This document shows, piece by piece, positions 41,373 to 52,216 of a stretch of 64,000 nucleotides of DNA (the first letter of the stretch is position 1; every line of letters starts with the position of its first letter). The notes below the pieces were generated by a model. It ran no database searches. It saw only the letters and a program-made list of their open reading frames with translations, and was not told the origin of the DNA. A program made the translations under genes and the position numbers. The stretch is from a bacterium. GTDB lineage: Bacteria > Electryoneota > Electryoneia > Electryoneales > Electryoneaceae. The DNA lies in contig OY769902.1 in the NCBI GenBank assembly GCA_963669175.1, positions 192,001 through 256,000 on the forward strand, read 5' to 3'.

Positions 41373-41604
41373 TCTCAGTGTGACAGCGTTATCAGTATCA
41401 CAGTTTATTGTGAGGTAAAGAACTGTAGTTAGATATTGACGTTGATAGTTCAGTTTGACAATACGCTTACCCTTATCCCCGAAAGTACACTCATGTTGCT
41501 TTCGGGGATTTTTCCTCCCTGTTTTATATTGATCATCAGTGTTTTGTCGATACTCTGTCCACCGAAGGTGGGCCACGTGAATAGCTACACAATCAGATTC
41601 AATG

Positions 41605-41843
41605 GAAAATCGGGACTGCTACACTTTTCTGCCAGAGACGTTACCTGAATACAGGAAAAACTGGTTGAACAGGGAATCCTGGTCTTCAAGATAAAAACTG
41701 CAGAAAAGGTAGCTGTCCCTGGATTTTCCTGTTGATCTCGTATGATTACAGGCGAAAAATTTGGTACAGTCACCTTTTCATCACCCCGGGTTAGGCTGTT
41801 TTGCCTTTGCGAACATGAAAAGGTGACAGTCCCATTTTTCGCC
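41605..41843. repeat. Four-palindrome element, subfamily 2
   Basis: Direct, diverged copy of 38054-38297. Confidence 0.85.
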
Positions 41844-41957
41844 ACACTGCTTGCTTTCCTTTCTGACAATTGATCTTAAATCTACCTGGAACCTTGCTTC
41901 GACAGGCGGTTCCGCCATACGTTTATACAGTCAGGAGCCGAACGGGAGGGAAGTGTG

Positions 41958-44042
41958 ATGAAACGATGTGTCTTGTTTGTTCTGTTTGTGTGTATGATTC
42001 TACTTGCCTCGATGCTTTACGCCGAGGTGTTATCACCGGTCGCCCCGGCGTCGATCAGTTATCCCTGTATCGGGGATGCCGAAGTTGACGTGCCGGACAA
42101 CATTCCTCCTTTCCTGCCCGCCGACAACGAACTGGATATGATGGGCGATACGATTATCGTAGGCTATACCTATTGGGAATCACAGCACAACGGCACCATC
42201 GGACACATGATCGGCTGGGACAATGATTCGGAAACAGCATCCATGATCTGGACCTGCCTGGAAAGCGGCGCGGAAGCGTCAACCCGCCATGTCCGTTTTA
42301 ATCGAATCGACTTTTCCGGCGGAACACCTTCTGTAGAAGTAGCTTCCGGATCTATTGTTGACGCCAACGAACGTGCCGGCTACGCCACTCTCCCTTTCCA
42401 TGACGGCATTGCATTGCCAGTCTACCATTACCGTGGCGGCAACCAGGAAACGTATCACCCGGTCTGTGCGGCTGAATGGACCGTGTTTCCCGGCGTGTTT
42501 AACGAAACAATCATGCCTCAGTACGAAGACCTCATCTGGTGGTGGCCACACGGCGCCTATGCGGAATACAACGATGAGCATATCCTGCATATGGTCGCTA
42601 CGGAATGGCGCGAGGATAATGCCGGCCTGCAGCAGGTGATCTATGTCCGCAACCAGTTTGATACCGAAAACGAGAGAATTATTGCTGGCGACTGGGAAAC
42701 TGTCACCGAATATGGCATGAACATCTCCGCTGATATTGGAGCGTCAAACGATGGTGCGCGTGTCGCTATCGCAGCAACCGTATCCCGTGACTACCTCTAT
42801 CACCCGGAAGATGATCCCACGCAGTACAACAACGATCTCTGGTTGTGGATCAGCGAGGACGGCGGCGAAACCTGGGACTGGGAAAACCCGATTGATATCA
42901 CTGATTTTGCCATGCCAAACCCGGACATGTTCCCGGACTCACTGGCGGCAGATACAGACACCCTGCGCGCTTACACAGATTGTGATATCTATTTCGATTA
43001 TGATGATGTGCTGCATGTCGCTTTTACCGTGAGTGGATTTTTCTATTACGAAGGCACAATCACTTACACCTCCATGATTTATCATTGGGACGAGAAAAGC
43101 GGATACTGCACCGTGATTGCCGATGGCAGGTTCTGGAATTATACGATGCCTGGAGCATGGCATCGTGTCGCGAACAGGCCAAGCATGGTACAGGATCAGG
43201 ATAGCCGTATCCTGTATTGTGTTTATGAACAGCTCGGAATGCCGGGCGAATTCACGGACAATGGCGATAACACTGTTACACCGTGGGATGTATCCGATGA
43301 TGGCTTTGGCTGTTTTGAGGTCATGATTTCCGCAAGCCCAGGCTATGAGTATTATTACAACACCATACCGGGAAAGATGTGGACCGCTCCGGTAAACATT
43401 ACAGATTCCCGTGCCGCTGAAGGCGAATACCCCAACGGCATGCAGGCGGGACACTGCCAAAGCGAACGTGAACCCAGTGTCGCTCTGAACACCGAAGGCG
43501 ACTACCTCCACATCTTCTACATTATGGACACCGATGCCGGGTTTGTTATCCAGGAAGAAGGCGAGTTCACCAATAATCCTGCTGTCTATCATCGTGTATC
43601 CAAAGAATCCATCATGGACCAGATTTATGCAAATGGGGAATGGGTGGAGAATTATCCTTTACACACGGATAGTACGGGGTTCTATCTGGACTAACATGAT
43701 TGGGTGTGGGACAGCGAATTGTGGGATGATCCATTCTACCGTCTCGGGGTTATTGAAGATCAGCCGGAACTGCAACCCGCACAATTCCACCTGGCTCAAA
43801 ATCATCCCAACCCTTTCAACCCCACCACACAGCTCCAGTACACGCTTGATGTGCAGGGGGTTGTCAAGCTGACCGTATACGACTTGCTGGGACGAGAAGT
43901 GCAGGTGTTGAACAACCGTGTCATGCAGGCGGGAACACATGCGGTCCTGTTTGATGCATCCGAACTTCCCAGCGGTGTCTATTTCGTGAAACTATCCAGT
44001 GGCAACGCTTCACAGGTGATCAAGATGACGCTGGTAAAATAG
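41958..44042 (+). pseudogene. Secreted T9SS-CTD protein interrupted by an in-frame TAA at 43692-43694
   Basis: ORFs 41955-43694 and 43704-44042 share a frame; reads GFYLD*HDWVWDSEL...NHPNPFNP...MTLVK; one Asp-box (SEDGGETW). Confidence 0.8.
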
Positions 44043-44069
44043 CCACCTTGTTTGATTGGACACTTCTTC

Positions 44070-44098
44070 AAGCGCCCGGCTTGCGGGCGCTTTTTTTT
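44070..44098 (+). terminator. Rho-independent terminator
   Basis: aagcgcccg-gcttg-cgggcgctt followed by poly-T. Confidence 0.9.
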
Positions 44099-44278
44099 AT
44101 GGTTCCTCACAAGAATTTGTGCGTTGACTAATGTTGTGGCAGGTCTTGGCGCGACTGTATTTCATGCAACTTTGTTTGTTGTATAGAGATTACCATTCGG
44201 TTGCATGCGCTTTGTTTGCGATTTTGACTGGTCGCGTTGTGACCTGCCACGTAATTGGGAGAAATGTATTGTTAATCC

Positions 44279-44678
44279 GTCATTGGGTAATGTGCAATAT
44301 CAGTGCAAGATCCTTGATATGGTCGAAAGAAAGGATATGGAAAAAGGGGACTGCCTCCTTTCCCTGGGATAAAGCCTTCCCGTAGCGAACACGGACGGGG
44401 AAAGGTGGCTGTACCTTTTTTCTTGGGCACAAGCAGAAATTACGCGGAAAAGGGGACAGTTTCCTTTCCCTGGGGCAAAGCCTTCCCGCTGTGAGCAAGG
44501 ACCGGGAAAGGTGGCTGTACCCTTTTTCTTGAGAGCAGGCAGGACGTACACGGAAAAGGGTACAGTTTCCTTTTCCACAAGTTCGGCGAGAGTGTTTCAT
44601 ATGCGCGCGAGGAAAAGGATCCCGTCCCCTTTTCCCGGCAATCTCTATTATGACGGAATGAAATCGAGAACAGCTATA
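44279..44678 (-). repeat. Composite AAAAGG-palindrome element (six units)
   Basis: Near-identical inverted partner at 51802-52101; contains an internal duplication of two units. Confidence 0.9.
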
Positions 44679-44980
44679 TGCGGGTAATAACTGAAAACAA
44701 CGATGTTATCGTGTTCGAAGAAGGCAGCTATGACAAGCATTCAGGCCTGGTGAACTATAAAACGACTGAGTATCCTGAAATTATCTGCAAACTCAATTCT
44801 TTGCATGCATCTTCTACAGATAGCCCGAAACACTGGCTCAATATTTCATACGGCGTTTTGCTGGGTTTCCTGGCGCTATCATCACTTTGGATGTATAAAC
44901 CGAGTACAAGGATGTTCAGGCGAGGTATTGTTTTATCCGTAGCCGGCCTTGTCCTTACAGCTATCATTGTAGTGCTTTAA
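44678..44980 (+). pseudogene. Probable C-terminal fragment of a PepSY-associated TM protein
   Basis: LNSLH...W...YGVLLGFLALSSLWMY...GIVLSVAG; begins at the repeat boundary with no RBS and no N-terminal TM. Confidence 0.55.
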
Positions 44981-45207
44981 CATAGAGTGCAGGTCGCTTT
45001 TGTACTGCGCCTGAGCTGCCAAATCCGCCGATTGGAAGGTTTATTATTCGACGCGATTTGGCAGCTATTCTTTTCCACCATTTTCCGCTGATCACCGTAC
45101 AATCAGGCAAGAGTCACGACTCGCTGTGACCTCCTTCCTTTTCTGCCTGAATTCTACGGGTTATATTGCCCGGGTCAATCGCTATACCAACAGGGAGACG
45201 GCGGACG

Positions 45208-46089
45208 ATGAAAGGTATTATCCTCGCAGGCGGCAGCGGGACAAGGCTCTATCCTTCTACCCGCAGTATTGTAAAACAGTTACTCCCCATTTATGACAAG
45301 CCGATGGTATACTACCCGCTTTCGGTGTTGATGCTTGCCAATATTCGGGAAATCCTGATCATCTCCACCCCCGCAGACACAGAGCGCTTTGAACAGCTCT
45401 TCGGCGATGGCTCCCAGCTTGGGATGGAAATCAGCTATGTCGTCCAGCCCAAGCCGGAAGGACTGGCCCAGGCGTTTATCCTGGGTGAAGAATTCCTGGA
45501 TGGCGATGATGCCTGTCTAATCCTTGGCGATAACATTTTTTACGGTCACGGCACAGCCGCGATGCTCACTGATGCGCGCAAGCGTGTCGAAGAAGACCAA
45601 AAGGCTGTCGTGTTCGGCTATTATGTGGATCAACCCCAGCGTTACGGTGTCGTGGAGTTCGCTGAAAACGGCCGCGTATTGTCCATTGAAGAAAAACCGC
45701 AGCAACCCAAAAGCAACTATGCTGTTGTAGGGTTGTATTTCTATCCTAACGATGTTGTGCAGGTGGCCAAATCGATCAAACCGTCGGCACGAGGTGAACT
45801 CGAAATCACCGATGTCAACCGTACCTACCTGGAACGCGACGAACTGGATGTCAAGCTAATGGGCCGTGGCTACGCATGGCTGGACACCGGCACACACAGC
45901 GATCTGCTTGCCGCCTCCCAGTTTGTCGAGATGATCGAAAAACGCCAGGGTTTGAAAATCGCCTGTATCGAAGAGATTGCATGGCGGCAAGGATTCATCG
46001 ACAAGGCTCAACTGCAACGCCTGTATGCACAGCTTGAAAAGAGCGAATATGGAATTTACCTGGAAAAACTGTTGATGTCCATGAAGTAG
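45208..46089 (+). CDS. rfbA: Glucose-1-phosphate thymidylyltransferase
   Basis: [53 protein letters not shown]. Confidence 0.97.
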   Translation: MKGIILAGGSGTRLYPSTRSIVKQLLPIYDKPMVYYPLSVLMLANIREILIISTPADTERFEQLFGDGSQLGMEISYVVQPKPEGLAQAFILGEEFLDGDDACLILGDNIFYGHGTAAMLTDARKRVEEDQKAVVFGYYVDQPQRYGVVEFAENGRVLSIEEKPQQPKSNYAVVGLYFYPNDVVQVAKSIKPSARGELEITDVNRTYLERDELDVKLMGRGYAWLDTGTHSDLLAASQFVEMIEKRQGLKIACIEEIAWRQGFIDKAQLQRLYAQLEKSEYGIYLEKLLMSMK

Positions 46090-46566
46090 GCTGGTCAAGA
46101 AATTTCGTAGAAACATTGTAGTTCCTGAAAATCATTCTAATTCGAAAACAATCAGCAGGAATCATCTTTCTGGGGCCGTGATACACGAAAGATGTTCTGC
46201 GTGAGGAAGAACTTTCGAAGAATACTGTACCGTTAAAATGAATACCCGGAAAGGACAAGTCTGCACGAATCGTGAAGCGACATGCAATGCTGGTCTCTCG
46301 CGGCTCTCCTCAAATCCTTACCAGTAGCAACTTTGAGGACTTTGAATAGTCTTTGAAACCGACAGTACTGTTTTGAGATAGTGGTGTTGAACTGCAATAA
46401 TTTCCACGTTATGAATTTTGATGCCAATACTGGGACATATCCTTTTCGCACTTCCTATGATTGATTCTCTTGTTTCTTCTGTTTATCTAATACTATGGGG
46501 ATGTTGAAAAGGTGAGTTGTTTCACCGGCAATGGGAGGGAGAGTATAGAAATGCCTGGAGTCTTTC

Positions 46567-48222
46567 ATGATTTGGCGCAAGAACAGCAACGAGAAAGACA
46601 GCGTGAACATTCCTTCTGCTGCAACGATATACGAACAGATGCTCGACCGCCTGCCTGTTGCGGTTCTTCAAATTGATTTATCCTATCGCATTGTCTATGC
46701 GAATAAAAAGGCTTCCGACTTGTTGGAAACACCTTCTGATTCTCTTATTGGATTGAATGTTTTCTCTGCATTTTCTCTACCTGATCACCATTCTCCTGAA
46801 AGCAGTATCCGCAAAGCGATCGAATACGGGAAATCTTCGGAACACCAGGCTTTGCTGAATCATTTGCAGACGGTTCATGTTTCGACGAATCCGTTGTTCG
46901 ATGATGGTGAACATCTCACCGGGGCGATGATTACTATCGAACCTCGCATCTCCTGGGACAATTTCAACACTACGTTGCGTGATCTTACCGGTGTCCTGCG
47001 TAAAGGGAAATTGAAAGTTCGCACCAACGATACCGCAGCACAAAAAAGTGATCAGTTGCCGCTTTCTCTGATAAACGAAGCCCTTGATGCGGCGCTCAAT
47101 CCCCTGCATCACCTGGTAGAAAGGCTGGAATCTCTTGCCGAAGGCGATCTGACGGCCACGATTCAACAACCTGCTTATGGTGATCATGCACGCGCCAACC
47201 AGGCATTCATGGCGCTGCGTAATAAACTGAACAATGCCTTCGCCAGGATAGTGCAACTGGCCGTGGAAACAAATGTGATCGCAAAACAGGTTGACCAGTT
47301 TACGCAAAGCGGCCAAAATTTATTTGATAATCAAATGCGCTGTATCAACAGGATGGAAGAACGATGCGAACCCATACTGAACGACATCTCAAGTTCTGTA
47401 CAGGCGGAAATGCAAACCCTGCTCGTCGGAAAACAATTTGAGCAATCCATAGGACGTCTGATCAAGGAAGCTGAAAAGCAGAAAGAGTTGATCGCTTCTG
47501 TGTCTGAGCTTGTGGCAAACCCCGAGACTTTGCTGGATGCATCCAAACACCTGTTCGATGTCATGCAACAGACTGTAATTCGTCAGGCAGCGAGCGATGA
47601 AGACATCTCTGGGGTGGATGAATCAACCCAGGCCATTATACGGGAAACTCTCGGATTTATTCACGATCAGACCAGTGTTGTAAAAGAATCCAAACGTATT
47701 CACTCACAAATTGCTATCTCGCTGATTAGCAGCAGTGAATCCCTGGAAACATTAAAAAACCAGGCATCCCAGTTTACAGATATGCTCGAAGCTTCAACGT
47801 CAAGAACACGCGCCAATTTCGCCAGCATAAACTTCATAACATCGAATGTCAAACGTCTTCATTCACTGATTGAAGCGCAATCGGTTCGTATTCAGATGAT
47901 CGCTTCACTGTCGGAAAAGATATCGAATCTTTCACGAAATGTCCTGTCAACAACAGCCGGCTTCAGACACGCCGGTAATACCAACCATTTGCTGAAAAGC
48001 TTGCGCCGTGACAAGAAACTAGCCGATCCAACAGAAGAAAACACTGATATTAATGAACTCAGCCTGAAACTGGAACAGATTTCAGATGATCTTGACGAAC
48101 TCCTCTTACCGCTTTCTGATAGTACACCTGAAGAAGAAATGAATGATTTTCTGACAAGTCTGCGGAAACTGATTGACAAAGACCCTGGACAGGAACCTCC
48201 ATCCTCATCCTCCAGGGAGTAA
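46567..48222 (+). CDS. Cytoplasmic PAS-HAMP protein with degenerate MCP-like coiled coil
   Basis: PAS (LPVAVLQIDLSYRIVYAN), HAMP (LAEGDLT...YGDH), heptad coiled coil; no QTNLLALNA/GRGFAVVA tip. Confidence 0.65.
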   Translation: MIWRKNSNEKDSVNIPSAATIYEQMLDRLPVAVLQIDLSYRIVYANKKASDLLETPSDSLIGLNVFSAFSLPDHHSPESSIRKAIEYGKSSEHQALLNHLQTVHVSTNPLFDDGEHLTGAMITIEPRISWDNFNTTLRDLTGVLRKGKLKVRTNDTAAQKSDQLPLSLINEALDAALNPLHHLVERLESLAEGDLTATIQQPAYGDHARANQAFMALRNKLNNAFARIVQLAVETNVIAKQVDQFTQSGQNLFDNQMRCINRMEERCEPILNDISSSVQAEMQTLLVGKQFEQSIGRLIKEAEKQKELIASVSELVANPETLLDASKHLFDVMQQTVIRQAASDEDISGVDESTQAIIRETLGFIHDQTSVVKESKRIHSQIAISLISSSESLETLKNQASQFTDMLEASTSRTRANFASINFITSNVKRLHSLIEAQSVRIQMIASLSEKISNLSRNVLSTTAGFRHAGNTNHLLKSLRRDKKLADPTEENTDINELSLKLEQISDDLDELLLPLSDSTPEEEMNDFLTSLRKLIDKDPGQEPPSSSSRE

Positions 48223-48444
48223 CCGGACTCCCTGGAAGCTCTTGCGATACTGGCCATTCGCTATCTTTAACATCTTAATTAGTTTGCATATAATTAAAGC
48301 ACTCATCGTACTTTTTGTGAAGTTGTGCCAGATTTTACCCTCTTTCTCAGGCCACTGATTTATTGAATTCCTTTGCTTCACATCACTCCTTTGTGGAAAA
48401 TCATGCTATATTATTCTAGGGTCCAAAGAGGGGACGCTCCCACA

Positions 48445-49674
48445 ATGGCGTCAAAACAAAACAGAACGAAAAAAGCAATTTCACCTGTGCGCTTGAAGAT
48501 CTTTCGCAGAGAATTCAGGCTACTTCCAGCCATTATTGCATCTTCTTTAATCCTTGTATTCCTTAGTGTTAGCATTCTTTACAGTAGTTTTGGCAATGAA
48601 GTGGGACGCCTCCAGCGCCAGGCAATTGAAGTGTTGAATCACGACCTTGCGCTTAACCAGCCTGTATGTACATCCCTGACAATTGAAGCGCTCATCATTC
48701 CCGGATTGTACCGCGCAGCGGGAGCCTGGGAAGACGGTTCACAGCACATTGTGTTTATCCGTACAGATGGCAAGCGAGTTCAAGCAATTGTTGAATCCCC
48801 GCAGAAAGTCTTTACGTCAGATCGCTACACAACAAACCTGGAATCCCTGCAACGGATCGTCGATCTGAATCCGGAATCCATCTCCGGGCATACTGCGCTC
48901 GGGTTGACAGCCTATTACAGCAGTGATTTTCAGACAGCAATCACGCACTTCGAAACCGCGTTCAACCTCGATTTGAGATCTCATCACCATGCCGAGAATA
49001 CAAATTACAGCATAAGCGGCCTTCCCGTACAGGCAATGATGCTGCTTACCGGCGTATCCTATGGCATGCTGGATCAATACAACTCCGCATTGGAGTATCT
49101 GAACCAGTCGCTTGAACTAGTCCCCACATCCTCATCGGCATTGTTTGCCAAGAGCCTTTTTATCTGTGAAATGGGCTCGCCTGAGCTGGCAAAACCGACT
49201 ATAGAACTATTGATGACACAATCGAGTGATTCGCCCACTACCCTGCACGCTCTCAGCTTGTATCACCGGGCCAAGAATAACCGGAAACCCTGCTTGGAAT
49301 TATTGAATCGTGTGATAGATCTGGACGAGGGGCAAACTGCCAGCTACCTTGCTACAAAATCGGAAACACTGCTGGAATGGGGACAACCGGAAGCCGCCCT
49401 GAAAGCCATCGAACAAGCTTTGATGATAACGAAAGATCCACAGTTTTATGTCCTCCTGGGACGTTGTTATGTGGCACAGGAGAAATACACGGCAGCGGAG
49501 CTCTCATTCAAGCAAGCTTTCAACATGGCGCCAAATTACGCTGAAGGGTATTACGAACTGGGGAAAATGTACGAGAAGTTGGGACGTCTGGAATTCGCAC
49601 AGGATAATATAGCGCACAGCCGTGAGCTGGGATTCCGCCACCCCTTTACACAATTGGCGCACGTTTCATTTTAG
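48445..49674 (+). CDS. Membrane-anchored TPR protein
   Basis: One TM followed by multiple TPR motifs (LGRCY...A...F...A...P..AEGYYELG). Confidence 0.85.
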   Translation: MASKQNRTKKAISPVRLKIFRREFRLLPAIIASSLILVFLSVSILYSSFGNEVGRLQRQAIEVLNHDLALNQPVCTSLTIEALIIPGLYRAAGAWEDGSQHIVFIRTDGKRVQAIVESPQKVFTSDRYTTNLESLQRIVDLNPESISGHTALGLTAYYSSDFQTAITHFETAFNLDLRSHHHAENTNYSISGLPVQAMMLLTGVSYGMLDQYNSALEYLNQSLELVPTSSSALFAKSLFICEMGSPELAKPTIELLMTQSSDSPTTLHALSLYHRAKNNRKPCLELLNRVIDLDEGQTASYLATKSETLLEWGQPEAALKAIEQALMITKDPQFYVLLGRCYVAQEKYTAAELSFKQAFNMAPNYAEGYYELGKMYEKLGRLEFAQDNIAHSRELGFRHPFTQLAHVSF

Positions 49675-49686
49675 AACACTACCAGA

Positions 49687-51615
49687 TTATCCCTTACTTT
49701 CTGTCTGAACATCCTCTGCTACCTGCAGCTTCCCATTGCCGTTACTCAGGCTTTTTAACTTCATAATGAACAGGGTCATATCATCAAACTGGGGCATGCC
49801 TTTCTGGTAGGCTTTAACATCTTTAACCAGTCGTTGCACCATCTCTTTAGCCGTCAGGCCGCTGTACTTTTCGAGCTGCTTTGCCAGACGTTCCTCGCCA
49901 TACTCCTCCCCTTCCTGGTTGATAGCTTCCGTCATGCCATCCGTGTACAGGACAAGGGTGTCATTATCACGGCGGAGATGGATATGCTCCAACCCCATCG
50001 TCATGCCTTCCATCATGCCGGCTACCATGGTTTCCATGGTTGGCAGCATCTGGAACGTGTTTTCCCTGCCACGCGGCCCGGAGATATAAGGCATGTTGTG
50101 GCCTGCGGTGGAATACGTCAGGATGCGGGTTTCCAGGTTGAACACGCCGAAGAACATGGTGATGAACATGTTCGTGCCCTGGTCCATTTCCACCAGACGG
50201 TCATTGAACTCAACCAGCACTTCAGACGGGCTCTTCTCTTTGGTTGCCAGAATTCGGAACAGGGTTCGGCTGACAGCCATGAACAGCGCGGCCGGAATGC
50301 CCTTACCGGACACATCGCCGATAACCATGCCGAATTGCTTTTCCCCGATCATGAAGACATCAAAGTAATCGCCGCCCACTTCACGAGCCGATTCACAGGT
50401 GCCGAATACGTCCAGTTCTTCGAACTGGGGGAACTTCTTCGGCAGGAAACTCTGCTGGATTTCCTGCGCCAGCATGAGTTCCGCATCCGCACGTTCCTTG
50501 GCCTTCGTGGTCTCGGTCAGCTTGTCGATGTACAGGTTCAGGTCGTCAACCATTTGGTTGAACGCACCACTCAACTGGCCGATTTCATCTTTTCGGTTGC
50601 TACCTTCCGTCCGCTTGGAAAGATTCCCCGACGCCACTTCCTTTGCCGCGGTCATGAGCTTGCGTATGGGCTTGGTCAGCGAAACAGACAGCCAGATCGC
50701 CCCGATGAAAGCAATAAAAATCCCGACAGCGATCCAGATAACCATTTGGCTGACCATGTCGGACACCGCCAGGTAGGCTTCTGAAAGTGGCTTTTCAACG
50801 ATGATTGCCCAATTGAAGGAGTTCGGGAACGCATAGGCGCCCAGCATGCTTTCGCCATCCGGGTTGACTGAATGCAGCACGCCATTAGAACGGTTGCCCT
50901 CAGCGAGCAGCGATGTGGCGGTTTTAACGATAGCTTGTTCAGCAACCGCTACGGTATCGGTGTCAAACAGCCTGGCGCCTTTTTCATCGACCAGGGTGAT
51001 ACTGCCGCTACGGTTGGAGCGGACTTCATCGATACGCGCCTTCAGATGCGACAGGTTAATCTGAGCGGAAAGCGCAGCGGGACGTCCGAAGGTTTCCATG
51101 CTGAGCGGAAGCATGATCGGCAGCAACCAGGTTTCCGCGCCTTCCACGAATACCGGCTCGCCGAGGATCATGGAATCCATGCCTCCGGCGTTTTCAATCC
51201 GGCCGGGGTCAAGCTGGAGAAGCTGGATAGGATCGAGATCGGTCTGCTGGCGTAAGGTCTGGCTGAAGGTGTCCTGGGTAATCAGCAACGGACGCGAAAT
51301 TCCCTGCACGGAGATCTGCATGGCGACAAAATCTTCCACATTGCTGACCGCTTCCGTCATCAGGGAAAGCTTTTCATTCACGCCCAGGTTGGGGCTTTCC
51401 ACAGATGCCTTAACCAGCGTAATCGGGGCCAGCCAGGCGGACTGGTAAAACGCATCAATATCACCGGCAACCCGTTGCGCTGTAGCCAGCAAATCATCAT
51501 TCGCAGCGCTTTTCAGCTCATCCTGCGTAATGCGAATCAGGTTGCGCCCCGCCAATCCCAACGGGATCAAGGCAAGAAACAGAGATAAAATCAGCAGCTT
51601 TGCACGCAAACTCAT
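49687..51615 (-). CDS. Cache-HAMP-SpoIIE PP2C sensor phosphatase
   Basis: Two TMs around a Cache-like domain (LGAYA...WAIIVE), HAMP, intact GGDYFD, GDVSGKG, TDGMTEA and DDMT. Confidence 0.92.
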   Translation of the reverse strand: MSLRAKLLILSLFLALIPLGLAGRNLIRITQDELKSAANDDLLATAQRVAGDIDAFYQSAWLAPITLVKASVESPNLGVNEKLSLMTEAVSNVEDFVAMQISVQGISRPLLITQDTFSQTLRQQTDLDPIQLLQLDPGRIENAGGMDSMILGEPVFVEGAETWLLPIMLPLSMETFGRPAALSAQINLSHLKARIDEVRSNRSGSITLVDEKGARLFDTDTVAVAEQAIVKTATSLLAEGNRSNGVLHSVNPDGESMLGAYAFPNSFNWAIIVEKPLSEAYLAVSDMVSQMVIWIAVGIFIAFIGAIWLSVSLTKPIRKLMTAAKEVASGNLSKRTEGSNRKDEIGQLSGAFNQMVDDLNLYIDKLTETTKAKERADAELMLAQEIQQSFLPKKFPQFEELDVFGTCESAREVGGDYFDVFMIGEKQFGMVIGDVSGKGIPAALFMAVSRTLFRILATKEKSPSEVLVEFNDRLVEMDQGTNMFITMFFGVFNLETRILTYSTAGHNMPYISGPRGRENTFQMLPTMETMVAGMMEGMTMGLEHIHLRRDNDTLVLYTDGMTEAINQEGEEYGEERLAKQLEKYSGLTAKEMVQRLVKDVKAYQKGMPQFDDMTLFIMKLKSLSNGNGKLQVAEDVQTESKG

Positions 51616-51801
51616 GAAGGATCCCCGACAGTCCGATCATCCCAATCCAAGTGAAACCCGTTGCGGATTCACCCTTTGGGATATTTGGTTAATGTCGTAT
51701 TTCCCACGCGCCGGAGCAAGCGAGAGTGTCCTCTATCCTGCGATTGTTACTCTTTGCGGATATGGAGATCAAATGACTCTCCCCAACAGGAATATCCAGA
51801 A

Positions 51802-52101
51802 ATATTGCTGTTCTCGATTTTATTCCGACATAATAAAGATTGCCGGGAAAAGGGGACGGGATCCTTTTCCTCGCGCGCATATGAAACACTCTCGCCGAAC
51901 TTGTGGAAAAGGAAACTGTACCCTTTTCCGTGTACGTCCTGCCTGCTCTCAAGAAAAAGGGTACAGCCACCTTTCCCGGTCCATGCTCACAGCGGGAATG
52001 CTTTGCCCCAGGGAAAGGAAACTGTCCCCTTTTTCCATATCCTTATCCTTTATTCCAACCATATGGTTGACCTTTCACTGATCTGGCACATGACCACATG
52101 A
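51802..52101 (+). repeat. Composite AAAAGG-palindrome element (four units)
   Basis: Reverse complement of 44279-44678 over most of its length. Confidence 0.9.
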
Positions 52102-52216
52102 CGGAATAATAATGGGAATCGCTATTATTTCAAAAATCGAGATTTTGAACTTGTATAGCAGAAAGATATATATCATCTTACAAGTGGCCACCATAAAAAC
52201 AGCACGGAATAATCAA

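Noticed and set aside
44340-44640. CRISPR-like periodic palindromes (also 26588-27085)
   Set aside because: Units vary in sequence and orientation, spacers are duplicated rather than unique, and no cas genes or leader are present.
44974-45165. Possible integron attC site after the PepSY-TM fragment
   Set aside because: A hairpin exists (agctgccaaatc/gatttggcagct) but the RYYYAAC and GTTRRRY boxes do not match, and there is no integrase or second site.
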